A stretch of DNA of 64,000 bases from contig NC_087245.1 of NCBI RefSeq assembly GCF_037042905.1, positions 1,054,001 to 1,118,000 on the forward strand. Reading direction: 5' to 3'. Below are positions 54,058 through 64,000 of the stretch, piece by piece. A program made the translations under genes and the position numbers. Position 1 is the first letter of the stretch. Each line of letters begins with the position of its first letter. The notes beneath the pieces are model-generated. The model saw nothing but the letters and a program-made list of their open reading frames with translations. It did not search any database and had not been told where the DNA came from. Source of the stretch: Lytechinus pictus (lineage: Eukaryota).

Positions 54058-54241
54058 ATATCAACGGTCATGACACTGTTGTAATAAGTGCCTTTAATTC
54101 GAAATAATCACGGTTGTTCCATCAATGTATGATGTCAATGCTGTATTGTATAATAAATTTCACAATTTTGTTTATAAAAGAAGACAGAAAACAAAAATAA
54201 TTATCACTATGTATAATTTATTGTTAGTTTCTGTATGATTA

Positions 54242-54466
54242 TACACTCTTAAAACAGAGAGAAATTTGTAACCTAATATTGGGTAGCAAGGAAAAAAGCA
54301 TGTTTGCTGGGTAATTTTTTCCCCAATATTGGGCAAAATGCATGTTTGAACGGTAAATTTCAACGCTACATTGCGTAAAATTTACAAAATATTTGGTAAC
54401 TTTTATCCAACAAATATGCATGTTCCCATTTTACCCAATATTGGGTAAATCTTTTTTTTTAGTGTA
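54242..54466. mobile_element. TA-CACT...AGTG-TA MITE
   Basis: TACACTCTTAAAA / TTTTTTAGTGTA ends; three palindromic CC(C/T)AATATTGGG motifs inside. Confidence 0.65.
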
Positions 54467-55189
54467 TCATAACTGTAAAAAAAATCCTCTACGACGTGGG
54501 TTTGCTTATTTTTTTCGAATAGGGCAGTGTAATTTTAATATTTTTCTTCCTACAATGACTCGGTCGTATGGTGTAAATTGCACCTCTGCTATATGAAGCG
54601 ATGTAAGATGTAAATATGCTTAAACTCGACGGCAATAAAATAAACATAACAATGATACTTTAACATGCTAAATGTGTATCCCAGGATTGTTTAGAGGAAG
54701 TTAGATCTGTCCATCTTTTTGAGATACTGTGTAGTTAAAAATTCACTCCACCGCAGTGCCCCTCTCTCTTTTATTAGCAGCTGAAAAAAGACTGATAGAC
54801 TCCTTATTGACAGTGGAGTAGGCAGGCGGAGTATAGACTCACTTTGTTATGGAGGATGGGGGGGGGGTTATAAAATTTGTGACTTTCATTTAGAGGGCAT
54901 AGATCAATGCTTATATTTGGGTTGATATTCATATAAAAATCATTATGATTGAATTGTCGATTAGAATCAACTCCCATATCAAGAAGTTAGCAAGAAATTT
55001 GCAAAATTTAATATGCTTTGTGCGAATTGGGTTCTATTCCGAAAAGTCATATATTAATTGCGAAAATAGTAAAACAAAATATCAATTTCTTTACTTTTTC
55101 TTTCACAATACTCAGGAAATTGTTACAGTATAATAACAAACTGATATAAGTCCGGGAAAAAGTAGGAGAAAGAGAAGGAGAAAGCTGGG

Positions 55190-55400
55190 GAAGATGACAC
55201 TGGTGATGACTGATGATGATGACTCTGGTGATGATGAGGAGGAGGAGGATGATGATGATGATGATGGTGGTGGTGATGATGATGATGATGATGATGATGG
55301 TGGTAGTGGTGATGATGATGATGATGACGTCACTGGTGATGATGATGATGGTGGTGGTGATGATGTTCATGATGGCGATCATGATGATGATAATGATAAA
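55190..55400. repeat. (GAT/GGT)n microsatellite
   Basis: Degenerate GAT repeat; explains the poly-D and poly-M pseudo-ORFs. Confidence 0.92.
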
Positions 55401-57427
55401 AGTGAAGAAAAGGAAAAACTAAGAGGAGAGGATTAACAATGGATCGAGGTTGGCTCTCTCCCATTTTTCACCCCCTATCAATTATATTTCTTTGAGTGTT
55501 TTATCTCTTCTTATACCGCCATCGTATGCCTTTTCATGCGTCATTACTTGTGTTACAACATGCAACAACAACAAATAAAAGAAAGGGCGTATAATATCCT
55601 TGGTGGGTAAGGTTTCCCATCCACAGCGATGACATAGGAAATAAAGAGGAACACAACATGAAATAAAAGACAATGATGAGTATTCGACAAGTGACCGTTG
55701 ACAAAAGTACATATTAAAGGAGATGATACTAACCGATGTGTGAGAATTTAATTGCTCTGGAGAAACCTTAAGATAGTTAATTGAGATAACTGTAATGTTG
55801 GGAAGATGTAAGCGTCGAGACATGGATTATGTTTTAAAGAATATCACTTTGATATAGAAAAGGAATGAAGAGAAAGGGGTTTGAGTTATTTTTATCGCAA
55901 ATTGCATGAATAAAGAAATTACATATAATTTGTGCTGAACTAAAACGTGTAAAATTCTTTGTTTGATATTTTTCTCTAACTACCAAGTTATAAAAGAAAT
56001 ACAAGCATCTCTATAGTCTTTTCAAATATGGAATCACCGTATTTTTTAAAACCATAAATGAATGAGAAAAGCGCTTTGAATTCACCTTCCCAGTGAAAGA
56101 GAAACAATAATTTTGTCATCCTGCAAGATGGATGTGGTATGCCAGTTCGGAGTTCGCTGGACAAGGGGCATAGGTCCAGGTATCATCAAGCTCACGAAAG
56201 GCATTAGAAAAACGCCTCATCCAGTCATATTGGTTGGAATATTTCTAATCAAATGCTGTACAAACTGACTTCTATGAATTTTCTTTATATGAATAGGATT
56301 TGTGTCGCCTCTAGATATATAACCATCAGCCATTGAGAGGAGTTATGTTACTAGTTAAGCCATAAACCCTAAAGCTTAGTATTATCACTTAATATCTACC
56401 GGGGAATTGTCTCCACTACCAGTTCCTTGTGCCTACCATTTTAAGATACAAAGTTCTTGGCAATCTCTCTGGCAATTTCGTCCCCTCCCTCCTACCCGGG
56501 CCTTAACCTCCCTCCATTCGGCCATTCTTATCCTCAGTCTTTGTTTGTATCCTCCATCTATAACCCACTCTCCCTCATACACCCCTCCACTCACGGCATC
56601 TACACACCCTCTCACTCTCGTTCATACTCTCCTTCTAACCACCCCCCCCCTTTGATTTTGCTTTGTCTATTTCTCGAAATTGGAACCTATATATTTTAAA
56701 CTCAAATATTATACTTCGATATTAATCAACACATTAGATGAAATACAGAATTGATCAAAATCATCATTTTATCTGTGGTATTATTAAACAATGGATAGAT
56801 CAGATACTAATTATTTTTGTAACAATCAATAAAAACGTTTCGTTTTTTTCGTTGATGTATATTTTCCATTACAGACATGCAGACACAGTGCGACAGATAA
56901 AGGAAGTTTGGACAAGGGCGGATGATAACAAGCCAAGTGATAGTTCACCGTTATTCAATATTATAATGGCACGCAATTAGCATCTCTATCGCTCTGATAC
57001 GATATTAGTGATTAAGCATTGATTTATCTGGCTCTCAATGCCCTTCTGTTCACTGCACAAGCAACGATGGGAAAATACCTACTTAGTATTAACATTAATC
57101 CGACCTATAAGCCATTCATATTACTTCTTAATCCTTTCCTATCATTTGTACCAGTATGCATGGTATGGGATGTGATTTCTAATTCTCACTGGGTTAGGCC
57201 GTGGCGATTATATAATTAATTGGTCCAAAATGGTATATTATTTAATATGAAATACACTGGTTTATGACTGTAGGGATTTTTAGTCATGCAATGAGCTTAA
57301 ATCCACATCGTGGGAAAAGAGAGCCACGATGTTATTATGACGTCATGAGGTAATTCTCATTTTTTTTCATTCACATTCTACTCGCAACCTTGATGTATTC
57401 TTACTATGTTTTTTTTATAATGGTGGA

Positions 57428-57474
57428 ATAATGATAATAAAACAACAACAACAATAGCAACAACAATGATGATG

Positions 57475-57567
<93 letters not shown>

Positions 57568-57615
57568 TACTACTACTACTAATAATAATAATAGATAATG
57601 TTAATAATAGAAACA
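57428..57615. repeat. (AAC)/(AAT)/(ACT)n compound microsatellite
   Basis: Consecutive trinucleotide tracts. Confidence 0.92.
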
Positions 57616-58900
57616 ACAGTAAAGATTATAACTGAGCGTTGTGACTGAATGTTTTATTGCAAGCCATGTTCATTTCGAAGTTATGGATTGTTGTGCTTTA
57701 GCTTGCAACGTGAAAGAAAAAAATATTAGAAAGATCAATCAGCAGAAATTCGCCAATCCGATTTTATAAACTGAAGCAAAGAGCGATAAACAAAAAGAAA
57801 CCCCCCAAAAAGAGAGAAATATATAACCTCTCAGTTTTTAGGATAACTGTTCATCTCCAAAAACACGTCTTGATAGAATTAACTAAATTTTGTCAATTTT
57901 TCTGACTTAGTGGTAAATTTCTCCCCCTGAAACCTAATTCGACGAGACATATATCACCTCACTCACATCCAATAGGTAGTTAACCTTTATAACATCTTCC
58001 ATAAGCATGATCACAGGAACCACACGCCCACCAAACCAACCAAATATATATATCTGGAGCTTGAATCACAATGATTGCCCAATTTAAGCTTCCTAAGTAG
58101 GAGTGGAAAACAGTAAATGAACTCTCTAAATCCATGGCATATAAATCAGTATGAGAGATGGCGTGAGCAGTCACGCGAATCTACTGGATTGTTAGAGCAG
58201 TTTGGCGGTGATAATTTGACATCACTTAACTTTTATACGCCATAGTTCCCCTCTCCTTTATGCTTATTGCATCATATTGGGTGTAGTAATAACGTTGTTG
58301 GACGTGAAGTTTCCGAAACGAAGGTTCTGATTGTGATGGTTTTACCGGTGAAAGATCTACCAAGTGAAGGGAAGTGTTTTTTTTTATTCCCGCCAATAGT
58401 TGTCAATTGTACTTCTCCGCTTTACCCTTTAACATGTTAAATAGATTTTTTTCTTTAGATCCTCACGACATGCTTTGAGTGATGGTTTATGCCCTCAAAT
58501 TTGAACAGCGCTGTTTCCCCCTTCTTCTTCTTCTTCTTTGGTGGAATAAAAGATTATTCAATCTAAAGCAAGGTTTCCACTTTGGCGAGTTGGAGTTGCG
58601 AGTCATACGCGAGCTGCGCGAGCTCTAACTCGCCTTAGCTCGCACAAGCTCGCGTGAAATTTACATTTTTTCCTGGAATTTGCTTCAGTGACAAAATACT
58701 CAACATCGAGTTCACTACGCTCGTTGTACGAGTGAACCGAGCGCGAAACGAGTCAGGCCGAGCTTAGTATGAGTTGCGGTGACCTTTATACGACTTAAAG
58801 CGAGCTATGAACGAGTTATAAAGATTTTGTTACGAGTGATAAGAGTTTCATACGACCAAGGGGCGGGATATGCACATATTTGGCACTCAAAGATGGATGC

Positions 58901-60029
58901 CGGCGGCGGCGGCGTCAACACCAAATCTTAACCGAAGGTTAAGTTTTTGAAATGGCATCATAACTTAGAAAGTATATGAACCTAGTTCAAGAAACTTGAC
59001 CATGATGTTTATCAAGCATTACTAAACATCCTTCTTGAGTTTCAGGTCACAAGACCAAGGTCAGAGGTCATTTATGGTAAATGAACTTAGACCATGTTTA
59101 GGGAATCAACATCAAAATCTTAACCTACGGTTAAGTTTTTGAAATGTCATCATAACTTAGAAAATGTATGAACCTAGTTCATGAAACGTGGACATAAGGT
59201 TATTAAAGTATATAAACATCCTGCTTGAGTTTCAAGTCACATGACTAAGGTCAAAGGTCAATTAGGGTCAATGGACTTTGGCCAATTGGGGTATTTGTTA
59301 AATTAACATTATAGCTTTAAAAGTTTATGAATCTGATTCATGAAACTTGAACATAATAGTAATCAGGTATCACTAAAAATCCTGTGCGAATTTCAGGTCA
59401 CATGTCCAAGGTCAAAGGTCATTGAACTTTAGTGATGTTCGGGTGATCTGTTGAATTACCATCATAACTTTGAAAGTTTATAGATCTGATTCATGAAACT
59501 TGAATATAAGAGTAATCAAGTATTACTAAACATCCTGTGCGAGTTTCAGGTCACATGACGAAGGTCAAAGGTCATTTAAGTTCAATGAACTTTGGCCATG
59601 TTGGGGGTATTTGTTGAATTACCATCATAACATTGAAAGCTTATGGATATGATTCATCAACTTGGATATTAGAGTAGTCAAGTATCACCGAAAATATCAT
59701 GCCAGTTTCAGGTCACATGACCAAAGTCGAAGGTCATTTAAGGTTATTGAACTTTGGCCATTTTGGAGATTAATACTATATTGCTGTCATAACTTTCAAA
59801 GTTTAGATACAGTTTATAAAATGTGGATATAGGGGTAATCAAGTATCACTGACAAGTCTTAGGTCACATGATCAAGGTCAAATGTCATTTATTGTCAATG
59901 AACGTAGTATTGTATCATTGTATGAATGGTGTTTTTGTGAATAATTATTTTATAGTAGTTTTCAAAGTCAGCACTGCTACTATATTGGATAGCGTGATGC
60001 AGGTGAGAATGCCAGAGGCGCTCCACTTG
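58901..60029 (+). mobile_element. Helentron/HINE-like non-autonomous element with an internal 150-190 bp tandem array (5'-truncated)
   Basis: (GGC)4GTC microsatellite at the 5' end, six units with CATGAAACTT..CAGGTCACATGAC.AAGGTCAAAGGTCA, 3' GCAGGTGAGA then the short palindrome GCC-AGA-GGC. Family assignment is from architecture only. Confidence 0.7.
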
Positions 60030-60300
60030 GACCTTGTCTAGTTTGATGTCTTGTTCTTTTACCTTGGCTCTGCTCGTCATTGACCTCCTCTTCCGTTTCA
60101 ATTGTCTCTTCCTGCACTTCTTCTACCCTTGTTTGAATGTCATCTTCTTTCGCTGTTTCCCTACCTGACTCTTGGATCTTTTGGATCGAGGCATATTACT
60201 CTCCTTATTTGTTGAAAGTTGTAATAATGCAGTTGCAACAGCCTTTTTAAAAGTACGTGTACATTGCGTGGGTCAGTTAAAATGTGCTCTCACTTTAAAA

Positions 60301-61412
60301 TAAACTCCTCAAAAAAAGTTTGGAAATCCGACTTTAATCAAAACTCCCTCCTCTGTTTTAGTAAATATCAATTATTATTAATATCAATGATTAGATCATT
60401 TAATTTTCTTTAAAATGATACCCTACATGATATGATTATGGTTCACATTGAGGTGAAGTGCCTTGAAATGTGGGGCAAGGTCAAAATTCAAACTTAAGTT
60501 GCAAAGTTACACAATATTGAAAGTTACTGTTCCTTTTCCGTGGTGATGAGTGAGTTTTTAAGCGGTTTCTTTTGAGTTTGATCGGTAATCTCGCCTCGGT
60601 TTTAGTAAATATCAATGTTGAATTAATATCAATGAATAGATCATTTGATTTTCTTTAAAATGATACTTTCCATGATATGATTTTGGCTCACATGGAGGTG
60701 CAGTGCCTTGAAATGTGGGGCAAGGTCAAAATTCAAAATTTGCAAAATGACACAATATTGAAAGTCACTGTTCTTTTCTTCCATGATGATGAGTGAGATT
60801 CTCAGCAATTGTTTTCATGCACCTTAACATCAACATTCAAATGGAATCAAACACACCTCTGCACAAGCAAACACACAACAAACAAACATAAGCCACAACA
60901 AAACATTATGAAATGAAAAAGCAGGGGTTTGATTTGAATGGATTTTCATCTTTATTGACACAGACAAAAGAATCATGTTCTGTATTGACCCTTCATGATT
61001 ATTTCTGCTCGTTTTGCAGCTTTTTACTTCAGACCTCATCCAACACTTTTCAATTTTGCTCTTTTTTTGATGGCATGATCATTAAACAAGCATGGGATCA
61101 TTTTAAAGAGAATCAAATGATCTTTTGAAAGATATCAAATATGCATTGTGTAAAATTTGGAGTCGGGAGAAATTAATGGCCAAACTCAGATTTCCAAACT
61201 TTTTTGCTCGTTTTGCAGCTTTTCAATTCAGACTTCATCCAACACTTTTGAATCCTGCTCTTTTCGTGATGGCATGATCATAACAAGCATGGTATCATTG
61301 TAAAGAGAATTGGATGACCTTTTGATGATGTCAAATATGCAATGTGTAAATTTTGGAGTTGGGAAAAATTAATGGCCAAACTCAAATTTCCTAACTTTTT
61401 TTGAGGGGTTTA
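60301..61412. mobile_element. Tc1/mariner-like non-autonomous element
   Basis: TA-AACTCCTCAAAAAAAGTTTGGAAAT / ATTTCCTAACTTTTTTTGAGGGGTT-TA inverted ends; internal tandem duplications of ~244 bp (left) and ~200 bp (right). Confidence 0.8.
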
Positions 61413-62085
61413 TATGTGGGGGATATATAGATCACTGGACATTTATCATTCAGCTGGCATGCCTCTGAGCACTTGCAACGCACTCGGAATAAACTCATAC
61501 GAAACTCGCTGTAACTCGGGGTGCTCGATCTAAAGTCGCGCTAATCTCGTGGGCACCTCCAGTTGACTCGTAAAACGATCGCAATGCTCGTATCTCGCTC
61601 TTGAAAACTCGGAACGCACTCGCGTATACTCAGATTTGGCGAGTTATTATGAGTTATTGTGAGTTTATCTCGAGCTTCTTACGAGTTATTGCGAGTACTG
61701 CGAGTATATAACGAGTTTAGGTGAGTTCAGCACGAGTTACAGCGAGTTAGCAAAATTTTTGAACATGTTCAAAAATTTTGAAACTGCTCACGATTTCAAG
61801 GAGAGTTGTCCCGAGCTTGAACGAGCTCCGCCGAGCCATGCCGAGTTGTCGCGAGTTATCCCGAGTTTCATGGTGAGCTTTATGCGAGTTATCGCGAGTG
61901 CCTCATTTTGGCAACTCGCTATAACTCGCCATAACTCGCGATGTTAACTCGCCAAAGTGGAAACCTTGCTTAAGGGACCAATAGACAGAGAACGATTTCA
62001 TATGATAAACTTTAATGCGCTTGATCGATTTTTTTTATACAATGTTTCTTTAATGAAAATTGCGACAACGTTGGAGAATCCTTAA

Positions 62086-62685
62086 AGGACAAGTCCATCC
62101 CAACAAAAAATTGATTTGAATATAAAGAGAAAAATCCAACAAGCATAACACTGAAAATTTCATCAAAATCGGATATAAAATAAGAAAGTTATGACATTTT
62201 AAAGTTTTGCTTAATTTCACAGAACAGTTATATGCACATCCTGGTTGGTATGCAAATGAGGAGACTGATGACGTCATCCACTCACTATTTCTTTTGTATT
62301 TTATTATATGAAATATTCTAATTTTCTCCTCATTGTCTCGTAAAACAGTGATTAATTCCTCCCTGAACATGTGGAATTAGCATTGTTTGATACTATGTGA
62401 TGATTCAGTCAAGTCGGTCCCTATGGTCAAATCTGTAAAAAAATGAAACATTGTATAATTCAAACAATAAAAAACAAAAGAAAGAGTGAGTAATGGACAT
62501 CATCGACTGACTCATTTTCATGTCACTGATTTGTGCATATCACTGTTTTGTGAAAAATTAGCGAAACTTTAAAATGCCATAACTTTCTTATTTTACATCC
62601 GATTTTGACGAAATTTTCAGTGTTATGCTAGTTTGATTTTTCTCTATTTATTCAAATCAGCATTTTGCTGGGGTGGACTTGACCC
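62086..62685. mobile_element. TTAA-flanked (Kolobok-like) MITE with ~130-bp TIRs
   Basis: TTAA at 62082-62085 and 62686-62689; long inverted match, e.g. CATAACACTGAAAATTTC..AAAATCGGAT..AAAATAAGAAAGTTATG versus its reverse complement at 62578-62627. Confidence 0.88.
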
Positions 62686-63561
62686 TTAAGTATACTTAAC
62701 AATTATTATATTGCGAAGTGTTGATGTTGTGTGATAGAGAGGGGATATACCCCCTACAAGTATATAGCTAAAACTCTAAAATAATGCACCAATATTTAGG
62801 AATCTTCTCCAAAATGACTGTAATATTGATGACAGATATATAGCCATGAATGGGTATGATATTCCACGTCCAGGATAGCGAACGATTACATTCAGCTGTA
62901 CAAAGACGTGAGTTTGACACTAATTACAAGCATCATTTTATTTGTGCAACTGAAAAGTGAGTGATTGCATTTGAAGATTTTTGGAAGCGCTATTTTTTCT
63001 CATCTTTTTTTTTGTTCTGACACTTAACACGAAGTTAGTTAATGATGTACTCATGTTTCAATAACGGCATGTAACTTAAAGCTCTGGTTTAGCGCACAAT
63101 GTCGTTGGCGATATTTGAAAATCATGTTTCATGGTAATGATTGTTGGCATGCTGAACAAACTAAGACCAGGATGGGGTACTTCAGATGCCACCTGCATGG
63201 ATGTAGATTGATAGAGTGTCAATGTCACATAATGCTTGTTAATTAACAAGAATTAATTAGTAGGTAGGATACAAAGGGTTTTAATTTTGTTTACTTGCTT
63301 TAGAATGTGAAAACACCGTTTTCAATGTTTTCTTTGTTTTCATTTTGCTTTAGTTCAGATTAATTATGGTAAATCTATAACGTCTTGTCATTTTCTGTTT
63401 ATCGGAATAATTACGATGGGGTCAATGTATGTTCAAATAAACATAAAATCAGACGTTACACCACTGATCATGCTGATAGGGAAACAAGTTGGATAATGTT
63501 ACGTGTATTTCAATCGATGTAGATTTAATCATGTGAAATAAATATTTGTTTTTATCCACAG

Positions 63562-64000
63562 TCAATTCAATTCAATTATCATTTTCAGATAATAAACATA
63601 ACATCAAACATATACATACTTCAGTTACAAATAATACACAAAAGTGATCGGTAAATAAATAAGTCATAGCTTAAAAACATATTTTGATTAAAACATAATT
63701 GAAAATTACAGGTCATAATTAACGTACGAAAATGAGGGACTTATTAAAAAGCAAAGTTTGTATTGGTAAGCCCCTCTGGAAATAAATTGTGATTTTAACC
63801 ATGGGCAATTGAAATTTCAATATGGTAAAAAAAAATCAAACATAGTGAAGAGCATTATGGATTTAGAGAGGGGAGAGAGAGAGAAAAAAATACAGGTCAA
63901 GATAAACAACATCAAATTAAAGAAAGGAAGAAAGTGGTAAAACAAAGAAAACGGAAAACGAGTATCGTGTTCGTCTAGAAAGGGAAATATAAGTCAAGTC
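63562..64000 (-). mobile_element. LINE 3' UTR (continues beyond the window)
   Basis: (TCAAT)n tail, stem-loop GAGGGACTTA...TAAGCCCCTC similar to that at ~41775-41817, A-rich strand bias. Confidence 0.55.

Larger units (their letters stand above)
58567..61970. mobile_element. Non-autonomous PIF/Harbinger-like DNA transposon (3.4 kb) with nested insertions
   Basis: Perfect 25-bp TIR AGCAAGGTTTCCACTTTGGCGAGTT / AACTCGCCAAAGTGGAAACCTTGCT; TAA TSD (58564-58566, 61971-61973); dense subterminal CGAGTT/AACTCG motifs. Confidence 0.9.

Noticed and set aside
55194..55436. Acidic poly-Asp ORF (and the poly-Glu ORF 27484-27774)
   Set aside because: Trinucleotide microsatellites with no exon context.

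Overview
Eukaryotic, AT-rich, repeat-dense animal DNA. The SINE, MITE and microsatellite repertoire looks echinoderm (sea-urchin-like); that is an inference. The first 22.5 kb holds one spliced + strand gene: 11 reconstructed coding exons from 2438 to 19439, about 1545 aa. It encodes a long coiled coil with recurring W-x-x-E-R motifs and a ~640 aa basic Ser/Pro/Thr-rich disordered tail, tentatively SOGA/MTCL-like, followed by a probable ~3 kb 3' UTR. The remaining ~41 kb has no intact protein-coding gene. It contains a candidate orphan promoter/first exon (~24.5-24.8 kb), three related GTG(T/C)CGA minisatellites (40, 43 and 86 bp units), large (TAG)n tracts, tRNA-derived SINEs, decayed CR1/L2-group LINEs, and many non-autonomous DNA transposons with readable TIRs and TSDs. 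One is a 3.4 kb TAA-flanked PIF/Harbinger-like element carrying two nested insertions. There is no CRISPR array or prokaryotic system, and I found no clear-cut new biological system. The best leads are the candidate mutually exclusive exon pair, the minisatellite cluster, the nested transposon with an AGGTCA DR1 array, and the orphan promoter.
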